From assembly GCF_018336915.1 (NCBI RefSeq), contig NZ_CP064923.1, forward strand, positions 2,610,001 to 2,642,000: a stretch of 32,000 bases of DNA, read 5' to 3'. The notes below the pieces were generated by a model. It saw only the letters and a program-made list of their open reading frames with translations, made no database searches and was not told the origin of the DNA. A program made the position numbers and the translations under genes. Below, in pieces: positions 8,801 through 16,749 of the stretch. How positions within the stretch are numbered: the stretch's first letter is position 1; the number at the start of each line of letters is the position of its first letter. This DNA is from Acaryochloris marina S15. Lineage in GTDB: Bacteria; Cyanobacteriota; Cyanobacteriia; Thermosynechococcales; Thermosynechococcaceae.

Positions 8801-10643
8801 CGATGTTGTGGTGACTCTACAGTTCGACAGTAGTCAGCTGAGCACCAACGTGACTAGTCTTACCTTTTCACCCAGCAACTGGAATCAAGCTCAGACCGTT
8901 ACAGTTACGCCGGTGGACGATGCATTGGCAGAGGGCCTACATACCTCTACAATTGCACACACCATTAGTTCTAGTGACCCTGACTACAGTAGCGGTCTGC
9001 CGGTGAACAATGTGACCGTTGCCATAACTGACAATGATGGTACGGGTGGTTCAATCAGCTTCACCCAGCAGCTGATTGCCGAGCCTATCAAGCCAACTTC
9101 AGCTGCATTTGGTCCTGACGGTCGACTATATGTTGCCTCGGTGACTGGCAACATCACCGTCTACACGCTCAATGACGACTATACTGTAGCAACCACCGAA
9201 GTAATCGATGTCATTAGTAACCTGTCGAACTCCAATATTACTGGTATTGCTTTCAACCCTTACGAAACGACTCCCAAGATTTATATCTCGCATAATGAAT
9301 TTTATGCTAACGGCGGGGATGCTTTTGCGGCCACTGAGTTTTCACCTTATAGTGGTCAAGTTTCCATATTGGAAGAAGTTAATGGTAATTGGGAGCTGAC
9401 ACCTCTGGTCACAGGCATTGGTGTTTCCAACCATGACCACGGAGTTAACGGCCTGGAGTTTGACAATAATGGCGACCTCTTTATAACCTCTGGTAGTAAC
9501 ACCAATGCTGGTGTTGCTGACCCTACTATCGGTGGTATCGACGAATCACCCTTCACTGCGGCTATCCTAAAGGCTGAGATTACTAAACCCGATTTCAACG
9601 GTAATATTGAGTACAGCCTGATCAGCGAGAATGACCTTATTCAGCCGGTTCCTCAGGCATTTCTAGACAGTTTGCCGCCCGAAATTTTTAACCCACCTAG
9701 TAATCTAGGTTTTGACCCAGCTGATAGCCAATTTTGGGGAGGGTACGTCGATGTCGTACCCGGTGTAGATGTCTCAGTCTATGCTAGTGGTCTGCGCAAC
9801 CCCTACGATTTAGTCTTCACAACTCAAGGTCTCCTCTATGCAACCGAAAACAATGCCAACGGCGGCTTCGGGGCGGAGTCAACAGGAGCTTATACCGATG
9901 TCCCCTTTGGCCAAGAACAGCCGGAAGAGCTGAATTTAATTCAAGAGGGCGCTTACTACGGTCATCCTAATCGTAACCGTGGTCGGGCCGATGCTCGTCA
10001 GAATGTCTACTACGACAGCCCAGTTGACCTACCTACTGAAGGCTACACAGCACCTATTGGAACCTTCCTAGGATCTACTAATGGTATCACCGAATACCGG
10101 GCGACAACCTTCGGTGGGCAGCTCCGTGGAAACTTGCTGGCCCAAAAATGGAAAAACAATCTCTACAATATAGAGCTATCCTCTGACGGGACTCAGGTTT
10201 TAGACAGCATCAACCTTAACGATGTAGCAACTGTGACTGGTGGCACCACCAATGGCCGGGTGGCCCAAGGTCTAGATATTATCACTGGACCTGGGGGGGC
10301 CATCGTCGGGGTCGACTATACTCGCGATGAGTTAACGATCGCCATTCCAGATGAGTTTGGCGTAACAGGTCCAACCGCTTACGATATCTACCCTTGGCGA
10401 GCGCCAGTTACTGGCGGCCAGGCGTTTATCATCGGTGGGGTCAACTTTGATACTGACCCAGGCGATACGAGAGTATTCGTGGGAGATCAGGAAATATTCA
10501 ATCTGGGTGTCTCTGAAGAGCGGATTACAGGTATTTTGCCTAATCTTTCAAATCAGGTCGGTGGCCTACTCGATGTAACTATTAGGGATGCTAACGATAA
10601 TATCGTGTCCGTTATTTCTGAGGCATTCCAACCGCTAGCCTAA
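5865..10643 (+). CDS. 1592-aa multi-domain carbohydrate-binding protein: 3x CBM6-like, 2x Ig-like, cadherin-like, malectin, Calx-beta-like, GSDH-like beta-propeller, IPT/TIG
   Basis: CBM6-like modules: IEAESYIGG..GEYNLVARIASG..FELNYFELQPV. Malectin-like: VIRINAGGDAVYNDLGHLFQADTY..LYQTQRQG..FTYSIPVANGNYFVNAHLVEWE..RLFDITVEG. Calx-beta-like: FSPSNWNQAQTVTVTPVDDALAEGLHTSTIAHTISSSD. Glucose/sorbosone-dehydrogenase-like propeller: FGPDGRLYVAS, HDHGVNGLEFDNNGDLFITSG, SGLRNPYDLVF, LNLIQEGAYYGHPN. The C-terminal TIG-like region reads VTGGQAFIIGGVNF. An in-frame TAG at 5841 rules out an N-terminal extension. Confidence 0.85.
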   Translation: MNILIEAESYIGGTNGVEYFDTSAGNGGNANQFADDVDVQITDDVAGDYHLTKIKPGEYLTYQIDIANSGEYNLVARIASGLNNRKVEITLGGQTYNLDFDSTGGAWADVILPSIFLDAGSQELRVDVVKGAFELNYFELQPVGGISPDTDAPTASLNASDIMTAGGTDYSFTVSYNDATGLDEATIDTNDITVIGPNGALPVTSVVNNADGTVTYTISAPGGSWDEADDGSYTVTLQAGEVADVLGNIVPELLLGTFAVNIANPPPPSPNLRIEAESYIGGTNGVEYFDTSAGNGGNANQFADDVDVQITDDVAGDYHLTKIKPGEYLTYQIDIANSGEYNLVARIASGLNNRKVEITLGGQTYNLDFDSTGGAWADVILPSIFLDAGSQELRVDVVKGAFELNYFELQPVGGISPDTDAPTASLNASDIMTAGGTDYSFTVSYNDATGLDEATIDTNDITVIGPNGALPVTSVVNNADGTVTYTISAPGGSWDEADDGSYTVTLQAGEVADVLGNIVPELLLGTFAVNIANPPPPSPNLRIEAESYIGGTNGVEYFDTSAGNGGNANQFADDVDVQITDDVAGDYHLTKIKPGEYLTYQIDIANSGEYNLVARIASGLNNRKVEITLGGQTYNLDFDSTGGAWADVILPSIFLDAGSQELRVDVVKGAFELNYFELQPVIIGSSPIAEEIPDIVVLEDASDSNIDLFNVFDDAQDSDSDLAFVVLDNSNPNLVSTSLAGGTLTLDYSAVGTGEANITIRATDTDSNPTETTFTTTVVTPQANDGVIRINAGGDAVYNDLGHLFQADTYNAGGQAVSILSTQAIANTKSDTLYQTQRQGGNFTYSIPVANGNYFVNAHLVEWEATDYNQRLFDITVEGQTYYEDLDVYGEIKNAFLAGENTAKVIQGPDKNTSIIATVDDGTLDINFTANLGEATIAALEIVPVGPGWLVRETNGNTQVTEGATVDSYTIALTTQPTSDVVVTLQFDSSQLSTNVTSLTFSPSNWNQAQTVTVTPVDDALAEGLHTSTIAHTISSSDPDYSSGLPVNNVTVAITDNDGTGGSISFTQQLIAEPIKPTSAAFGPDGRLYVASVTGNITVYTLNDDYTVATTEVIDVISNLSNSNITGIAFNPYETTPKIYISHNEFYANGGDAFAATEFSPYSGQVSILEEVNGNWELTPLVTGIGVSNHDHGVNGLEFDNNGDLFITSGSNTNAGVADPTIGGIDESPFTAAILKAEITKPDFNGNIEYSLISENDLIQPVPQAFLDSLPPEIFNPPSNLGFDPADSQFWGGYVDVVPGVDVSVYASGLRNPYDLVFTTQGLLYATENNANGGFGAESTGAYTDVPFGQEQPEELNLIQEGAYYGHPNRNRGRADARQNVYYDSPVDLPTEGYTAPIGTFLGSTNGITEYRATTFGGQLRGNLLAQKWKNNLYNIELSSDGTQVLDSINLNDVATVTGGTTNGRVAQGLDIITGPGGAIVGVDYTRDELTIAIPDEFGVTGPTAYDIYPWRAPVTGGQAFIIGGVNFDTDPGDTRVFVGDQEIFNLGVSEERITGILPNLSNQVGGLLDVTIRDANDNIVSVISEAFQPLA
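5877..7907 (+). repeat. Tandem repeat, period 807 bp (269 codons), about 2.5 copies, near 100% nucleotide identity
   Basis: Copies start at 5877, 6684 and 7491. The third copy ends at 7907, after the CBM6-like half. The only difference I found by eye is a synonymous C/T (C at 6152 and in copy 3, T at 6959). The identical minus-strand ORFs at 6624-6821 and 7431-7628 are a by-product of this repeat. Confidence 0.95.
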
Positions 10644-10975
10644 ACGGATTTCACAGTCATGGGTCAACATCGATTACCTAAATATACTCACATCGGTTGA
10701 GTGGTTATCAATGTGAACATTCTGGATTTACTCGATTCTGTAGTAGAAGGTATAAGGCTAAACAGCCATGTTAAATAAAATCGCCAAGAACTTGCCGAAA
10801 AGAGCATGCGAGGCTGAAGCCCTTATATCTTCTTTTAGAAACCAAAATCTTGGTTTCCAGACTGTATGTTCTACTCCGAGCATTTTCGGTTTGTATAGGG
10901 ATTTAAGTTATTGCGGATATATAACTTACACCTAAAAGTCTAGAAAAGTTTCAAAATCTTTTCAGTGCAATGGCC

Positions 10976-11005
10976 TTGACTAATTCGGAAAACTCTAAAT
11001 AGCAT
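10976..11005 (+). promoter_or_regulatory. Candidate sigma70-type promoter upstream of the ABC exporter operon
   Basis: TTGACT (10976-10981), an 18-nt spacer, then TAGCAT (11000-11005), about 85 nt upstream of the ATG at 11091. This is a pattern match only. Confidence 0.2.
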
Positions 11006-11090
11006 AGGTGATCGTTCTTTAAGGTTGCGGCTGAATCTGATAGCCAAAGCCCTGTCATGGGCACCATAAACTCATAAAAGTTAATCCGCT

Positions 11091-12905
11091 ATGTTGCGAA
11101 CTCTCAAAAAATTATTGTACATCCTGCCCGCGGGCAATATAAATCTCGCCTGGATGGTGCTCTTGTTTATCGCAGCTTCCTGCCTAGAAGTTGTTGGTAT
11201 TGGCGTTATTGGACCTTTCATTGCCCTGGCTAGCGATTCGCAGCTTCTGTACAATTATTCAGCTCTGATTTGGCTATTTGAACGGGTCGGAGCATTGAGC
11301 GAAGCTCAATTTATCGGAATCTTAGGTATTGTTGTCGTTACAGTCTTTATCCTCAAAACCTTATTTGGCTGGCTTACCCAAATACTAATCGTACGGTTCT
11401 GTGATCGACAGCAACGCAACCTAATATCAAGAATGGTCACGGGCTATCTAAGCGCACCCTATATATTTCATACAGAGAAAAATAGCTCCTCTATTATCGA
11501 TAACGTTCTCGAGATTGCTAATACTTTCACGATTACGATCTTGTCACCTCTCCTGACAACGGCTTCTAATATTTTTGTAGCGTCAGCGCTATTTATTCTC
11601 CTCTACAGAACCAGCAGTGTCACAATGATCGTTTTGCTGACGACGCTGCTACCAATTTTCATATTCCTCAATTCTTTCCGAGTCAAGATTCAGACTTGGG
11701 GTAAGCAGGCTCGTAAGAGCAAGGGGGACATGATTCAGACGCTCAACCACGCCTTTGGCGGGATCAAAGAGACTAAGGTAATCGGTTGTGAATCTTTCTT
11801 CGAGACCAAAATCTTGTCGCAGGCTAGAGGACTGGAGGAAGCGCATGTAAGCTTTATCACCTTTCGACTGCTACCGCGCTACATCATGGAAATGGTCATG
11901 GTAGTGTGCGTGGTTGGTTTGGTGTCGATTTCTTTGCTCAACAACCAGCAAGTTGAGAATCTTACCTCAGTACTTGGAATATTTGCGCTAGCCTCCATTC
12001 GTATGATTCCAGCTATAAGCAACTCTGTGATCGGGATTAACCAGCTCAGAAACTCTTCCTATACGATCAACCATCTGCACACTGAAGTTATAGAGTTAGA
12101 ACGGCTTGAGGAAATGACCAAGATCCGCCTGTCTAATCTAACTGGCCCGCAACTTGGAGCAAGAACTGGCCTAACCTTTCGCGACTGTTTGAAGCTAGAA
12201 ACGATTTCATACCAATATCCTGGAGCTAACCAACCGTCACTCGATCGGATTTCTCTGAGTGTTAACTGTGGAGAATCCATCGCCTTCATCGGTAAGTCAG
12301 GTGCGGGCAAAACGACGCTGGTCGATGTAATTCTAGGGTTATTAATTGCTCAGTCAGGCGATATCAGTATTGACGGCAAATCAATCTACAATGACCTTGC
12401 AGCTTGGCAGAGCTTGATTGGCTATATCCCACAGTCGATCTTCCTAACTGACGACACTATCGAAAGGAATATAGCCTTCGGTGTACCCGATGAGCAAATC
12501 GATTCGCAACGACTACATGACGCTATCCGCTCGGCCCAGTTGGAAGAGGTTATCCAGCAGCTACCAAACAATGTTAAGACCAAAGTAGGGGAGCGAGGCG
12601 TGCTGCTCTCGGGCGGTCAACGACAACGAATTGGCATTGCCAGGGCGCTATATCATGAACGTGAGATTCTGGTTCTAGACGAGGCGACCGCAGCACTTGA
12701 CAATGAAACGGAGCGTTTAGTCACTGAATCTATCAGGTCGCTAAGTGGCAAGAAAACAATAATCACTATTGCACACCGTCTTAGTACCATCAAGCATTGC
12801 GACTGCATCTACTTGCTCGAAAATGGTCGTATTGTCAGCTCAGGTAGCTACACAGACGTTGTTTTAAACCATAAAAATAGCATCGAAGCTAAAGAAAAAG
12901 TTTAG
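11091..12905 (+). CDS. ABC exporter, fused permease plus ATPase (MsbA/PglK/HepA-like type I exporter half-transporter)
   Basis: The N-terminal half is hydrophobic with multiple TM segments. Walker A GKSGAGKTT, ABC signature LSGGQRQRIGIARAL, Walker B ILVLDEAT and H-loop IAHRL are all present. Confidence 0.9.
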   Translation: MLRTLKKLLYILPAGNINLAWMVLLFIAASCLEVVGIGVIGPFIALASDSQLLYNYSALIWLFERVGALSEAQFIGILGIVVVTVFILKTLFGWLTQILIVRFCDRQQRNLISRMVTGYLSAPYIFHTEKNSSSIIDNVLEIANTFTITILSPLLTTASNIFVASALFILLYRTSSVTMIVLLTTLLPIFIFLNSFRVKIQTWGKQARKSKGDMIQTLNHAFGGIKETKVIGCESFFETKILSQARGLEEAHVSFITFRLLPRYIMEMVMVVCVVGLVSISLLNNQQVENLTSVLGIFALASIRMIPAISNSVIGINQLRNSSYTINHLHTEVIELERLEEMTKIRLSNLTGPQLGARTGLTFRDCLKLETISYQYPGANQPSLDRISLSVNCGESIAFIGKSGAGKTTLVDVILGLLIAQSGDISIDGKSIYNDLAAWQSLIGYIPQSIFLTDDTIERNIAFGVPDEQIDSQRLHDAIRSAQLEEVIQQLPNNVKTKVGERGVLLSGGQRQRIGIARALYHEREILVLDEATAALDNETERLVTESIRSLSGKKTIITIAHRLSTIKHCDCIYLLENGRIVSSGSYTDVVLNHKNSIEAKEKV

Positions 12906-12915
12906 GAGATTTGTG

Positions 12916-13809
12916 ATGACATTACCAAACTTTCTAATTATCGGTGCGGCCAAAGGCGGAACTACTTCTCTCTACTATTATTTGGACCAGCATCCGCAGG
13001 TATACATGAGTCCGGTGAAAGAACCTCGGTTCTTTGCTCTGGAGGATGAAGATCTCAACTTTTGCAGCCCTGACGAGCTGTTTGTTGAAAATTCTATCCT
13101 AGATTTTGGCGACTACTGCCAACTGTTCGAAGGGGCTACTAACGAAGTCGCTATTGGAGAAGCTTCACCTCTGTATTTATACAGCACCAAGGCTCCTAGC
13201 CGCATCAAGCATTACATTCCAGACATAAAGCTGATTGCGATTCTACGCGATCCAGTCGATCGAGCTTACTCGAGCTATATGCATTATGTTAGAGAGGGCT
13301 ATGAACAGTGTTCCTTTGCTAAAGCGTTAGCAGTTGAAGAACAGCGCATCCACGAAAACTGGGTCTATATGTGGTACTACAAGCGCTGCGGCTACTACCA
13401 TGAACAGATCAAACGCTACCTGGATACGTTCGATGCCTCCCAGATTAAAATTTGTCTCTATGACGATTTAAAGGCAAACACGCCCTTATTCCTACAAGAT
13501 ATTTTTAGCTTCTTAAACGTAGACAGCAGCTTTGTTCCGGATCTCTCCGTTCTGAATGCATCAGGAGTTCCCAAAAGTCGGTTGCTTTACAATTTCCTTG
13601 ATCGAGGTAATCCAGCTCGAACTATGCTCAAAGTGCTGCCCCACGACTTACGAAGAGCAATCGCAAAGCCTCTCAGAAAGTGGAATCTAGAAAAACCAAC
13701 CCTGCCTCCCGAAGTTGGAAATGACCTCAGGAGTGTCTATCGCGATGACATTCTGAAGCTGCAAGACCTGATTGATCGCGATCTTTCTTCCTGGCTACTA
13801 GTTAGCTAG
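12916..13809 (+). CDS. Sulfotransferase (Sulfotransfer_1-like, heparan-sulfate-type motifs)
   Basis: 5'-PSB loop IIGAAKGGTTSL and 3'-PB motif ILRDPVDRAYSSY. The AGGAG at 12904-12908 favours ATG 12916 over the GTG at 12913 given in the ORF track. The gene lies 7-10 nt after the ABC gene stop. Confidence 0.85.
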   Translation: MTLPNFLIIGAAKGGTTSLYYYLDQHPQVYMSPVKEPRFFALEDEDLNFCSPDELFVENSILDFGDYCQLFEGATNEVAIGEASPLYLYSTKAPSRIKHYIPDIKLIAILRDPVDRAYSSYMHYVREGYEQCSFAKALAVEEQRIHENWVYMWYYKRCGYYHEQIKRYLDTFDASQIKICLYDDLKANTPLFLQDIFSFLNVDSSFVPDLSVLNASGVPKSRLLYNFLDRGNPARTMLKVLPHDLRRAIAKPLRKWNLEKPTLPPEVGNDLRSVYRDDILKLQDLIDRDLSSWLLVS

Positions 13810-13881
13810 CTCAATAACTCTGATTCAAGTTCCCGCCATCCCCCTCTGTCTCGCGTTAGCTGAGTTACTCAATAATATCCT

Positions 13882-14973
13882 ATGAATAGCCGACCTCTTG
13901 TCAGCATTATCATCAATAATTTTAATTACGAACGATTTCTGGCGGAAGCTATCGATAGCGCTTGTGCTCAGACCTATGAAAACACAGAAGTTCTCGTTGT
14001 TGATGACGGTTCGACAGACGCCTCGCGAAAGATTATTAGCCGATACACAGACCGTATTCAGACTGTCTTAAAAGAGAACGGTGGTCAGGCCTCAGCCTTT
14101 AACGCTGGTTTTGACGCGAGCAAGGGTGAGATCATCCTTTTTCTAGACGCCGACGACCTGCTACTTCCTGAAGCCGTCGAAAGGATCGTGGCAGTCTGGC
14201 AACCTGAAACCGTTAAGGTCCACTATCTGCTCAACGGCATCGATGCTAATGGTCAATCGCTGGGTTATACCTATCCGTCTCGAGGTGAGTATTTAGGTCG
14301 AGGTGATGTCGTTACTAAACTACTAGAGCGGGGTGTCTACGGTGTGGCACCAACCAGTGCGAATGCCTTTAGCCGAATAGCACTTGACAAGATTTTCCCC
14401 ATTCCAGCCGACAAGTACCGAATTTCTGCAGACGGTTACATTGCAACCTGTATTGTCTTCTACGGTAAGGTCGTCGCAATTGAAACACCACTGGGCGCAT
14501 ACCGAGTTCACGGCAACAACAATTGGGGCAATGCGATAAACGCCAGCAAGTTTCGATCATTCATCGAGCACGATTTACGAAAACGAGACCTTATTCTTAA
14601 TAGGGCTCAAGCTTCAGGTTATGAAGTACCTGTTGACCTGCTCTTTCGTACTAATACTCACCTGTGGGCGCGACTGGCATCCTTTCGTCTCGACCGTAAA
14701 CAGCATCCGGTTAAATCTGATAGCCTTCTGAAGCTCATGTACCACGGTATCCGCTCGACCTGGCTCTACTCTGATCTCAATCGCCAGAAGCAGTTGGTGG
14801 TCACCCTCTGGTTTTTTGTCGTCGGCCTGCTACCCGTCCCTATTGCTAAACCGGCAATTAGCTGGCTGCTTGCTCAGGAAAGTCGACCTAAGTCTGTGGA
14901 ATGGATATTGAACCGAATCCGGCCGCTTTTGAACCGGACCAGTGTCAGCCTTCATCAAGAGAAAGCCTTATGA
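13882..14973 (+). CDS. Glycosyltransferase family 2 (paralogue A)
   Basis: GT-A signature VSIIINNFNYERFLAEAIDSACAQTY..EVLVVDDGSTD and FLDADD. The C-terminal third carries a hydrophobic segment (LVVTLWFFVVGLLPVPIA). Confidence 0.85.
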   Translation: MNSRPLVSIIINNFNYERFLAEAIDSACAQTYENTEVLVVDDGSTDASRKIISRYTDRIQTVLKENGGQASAFNAGFDASKGEIILFLDADDLLLPEAVERIVAVWQPETVKVHYLLNGIDANGQSLGYTYPSRGEYLGRGDVVTKLLERGVYGVAPTSANAFSRIALDKIFPIPADKYRISADGYIATCIVFYGKVVAIETPLGAYRVHGNNNWGNAINASKFRSFIEHDLRKRDLILNRAQASGYEVPVDLLFRTNTHLWARLASFRLDRKQHPVKSDSLLKLMYHGIRSTWLYSDLNRQKQLVVTLWFFVVGLLPVPIAKPAISWLLAQESRPKSVEWILNRIRPLLNRTSVSLHQEKAL

Positions 14974-16028
14974 GCGATTCACCTCTTGTCAGTATTGTCA
15001 TTAACAACTACAACTACGAACAATTTCTTGCTGAGGCTATCAATAGTGCATTGGAACAGACTTATCCGAATGTAGAGGTTTTAGTAGTTGACGATGGCTC
15101 CACAGACGGATCCCGCTTCTTAATTGAGGTCTACGGAGACCGCATTCGCGCGATCTTTCAGCCTAACTGTAAGCAGGCTGCAGCGCTGAACACGGGCTTT
15201 GAGGCTAGTCAAGGCGAAATAATTCTCTTCCTAGATGCCGATGACTATCTACGACCTGAGGCAGTTGAGCAGGTCGTCACAGCGTTTCAGGAGGGGATCG
15301 GTAAGGTGCATTTTCGGTTACAGGTGGTAGACAGCAGCAGCCGACCGCTCGGCTACTATATCCCTTCAGTGGGAATGGCGTTGGCCAAAGGTGAAGTCTG
15401 GAGAGACTTGATGAAAACCAGTAGCTACGTTAGTTCACCGATGAGTGGCAATGCCTACCGCCGAGAGACATTGCAACCTGTCTTTCCCATTCCAGATAAA
15501 TACAAAACGACCGCTGACGACTATCTAATGATTTCAACACCATTCTATGCTGGCAAGCTAGCTGGTATCAACGACCCTATAGGCGCTTATCGCGTACATG
15601 ACAGCAACCAGTGGGCACTAACAACTGTCACAGGTAGCCGGTTTCGGCGTTTTGTCAAGCACGATCTGCTGAATTTTGCTCTGCTGAAGCAGCGGGCTGC
15701 CGAAAAAAAACAATCGGTTTCTTTGGACTTGGAGCAGAGATCGTTGGGGCGCATCTGGTCGCGATTGGCGTCGCTACGGTTGGAACCTCAAGATCACCCA
15801 GTCTCTACAGATCAAGTTAGTCAGCTTGTCCACTGGGGTATTCGTGCCCTGTGGAAGTTCTCCAGCCACAATTTTCAGAAACGCGTCATCTATAGCGGCT
15901 TATTTTTCTGGGTGGGCTTTATGCCGCGACCGCTCGCCAAGTTAGGCATCACTTGGCTATACGCTCCGCACCTGCGACCCAAAGTTATTGACCAGACCAT
16001 CAACCGTATGCGATCGCTAGTTAGCTAG
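14970..16028 (+). CDS. Glycosyltransferase family 2 (paralogue B)
   Basis: MSDSPLVSIVINNYNYEQFLAEAINSALEQTY..EVLVVDDGSTDGS, FLDADD. It is colinear with paralogue A along its whole length. The ATG at 14970 overlaps the upstream TGA (ATGA), so I prefer it to the 14901 start in the ORF track. Confidence 0.85.
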   Translation: MSDSPLVSIVINNYNYEQFLAEAINSALEQTYPNVEVLVVDDGSTDGSRFLIEVYGDRIRAIFQPNCKQAAALNTGFEASQGEIILFLDADDYLRPEAVEQVVTAFQEGIGKVHFRLQVVDSSSRPLGYYIPSVGMALAKGEVWRDLMKTSSYVSSPMSGNAYRRETLQPVFPIPDKYKTTADDYLMISTPFYAGKLAGINDPIGAYRVHDSNQWALTTVTGSRFRRFVKHDLLNFALLKQRAAEKKQSVSLDLEQRSLGRIWSRLASLRLEPQDHPVSTDQVSQLVHWGIRALWKFSSHNFQKRVIYSGLFFWVGFMPRPLAKLGITWLYAPHLRPKVIDQTINRMRSLVS

Positions 16029-16065
16029 GTTGACATTCAGCTGAGCGTGCAATTGGGAACTATAA

Positions 16066-16749
16066 ATGATTATTTCACATAAGCATAAATTTATATTTAT
16101 TAAAACCGAGAAAACAGCTGGGACGAGCATAGAGATTGCGTTGTCTAAGTACTGTGGCGACGACGATATCATCACACCCCTAGTAATCGAAGATGAGCAA
16201 ACACGCCAAAAACATGCTGCCCGAGGCGCGCAGAACTACTACGTCGATTTCAAAAATTATACGGTTAAAGATTGGGGCAAGCTACTCGTCAAGGGTCATC
16301 GAAAAATGTTCTATCACCATATGAGTGCTGAGGAAATAAAGTGGTTGATTCCTGCTGAGATCTGGAACAACTACTACAAGTTTTCGTTTGAGCGGAATCC
16401 CTGGGATAAAGTGATTTCCTGGTACTACTGGACCTACAAGTCAGAACCACGGCCTTCACTGAAAGAGTTTATCCACTCTGGAGAAGCTAGCGAAGTTAAA
16501 GGCTGGAGCCTGTATACCATAGAAGACCAGATCATCGCTGACAGAATCGGACGTTTCGAGAATCTCAACGGAGACATCCTAGAAATTTCTAAAACGCTAG
16601 GTCTGCCAAAGCCACTCAGGCTATTGCGGAGCAAGAGCAATTTTCGCAAGGAGAAAAAGAGCTACCGCGACTTGCTAGATGTGGAAGACCGGGATGCAAT
16701 TGAGAAGATGTTTTCGAAAGAAATTGACTATTTCGGCTATTCATACTGA
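16066..16749 (+). CDS. Sulfotransferase family 2-like protein
   Basis: FIFIKTEKTAGTSIE resembles the F[IV]H[IV]PKTGGTS PAPS-binding loop. FERNPWDKVISWYYW resembles the RNPWDRxxS 3'-PB motif of the Sulfotransfer_2 family. Confidence 0.7.
   Translation: MIISHKHKFIFIKTEKTAGTSIEIALSKYCGDDDIITPLVIEDEQTRQKHAARGAQNYYVDFKNYTVKDWGKLLVKGHRKMFYHHMSAEEIKWLIPAEIWNNYYKFSFERNPWDKVISWYYWTYKSEPRPSLKEFIHSGEASEVKGWSLYTIEDQIIADRIGRFENLNGDILEISKTLGLPKPLRLLRSKSNFRKEKKSYRDLLDVEDRDAIEKMFSKEIDYFGYSY

Noticed and set aside
10768-10935. 55-aa ORF (MLNKIAKNLPKRACEAEALISSF..) in the spacer between the lectin gene and the ABC exporter
   Set aside because: It has no convincing ribosome-binding site, no motif and no hydrophobic or leader-peptide character. 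It cannot be distinguished from a chance ORF without conservation data.
14901-14969. Longer 375-aa version of GT2 paralogue B starting at 14901
   Set aside because: The extension overlaps 73 nt of the upstream gene and does not align with paralogue A. The ATG at 14970 gives an N-terminus colinear with paralogue A and forms an ATGA stop/start overlap.
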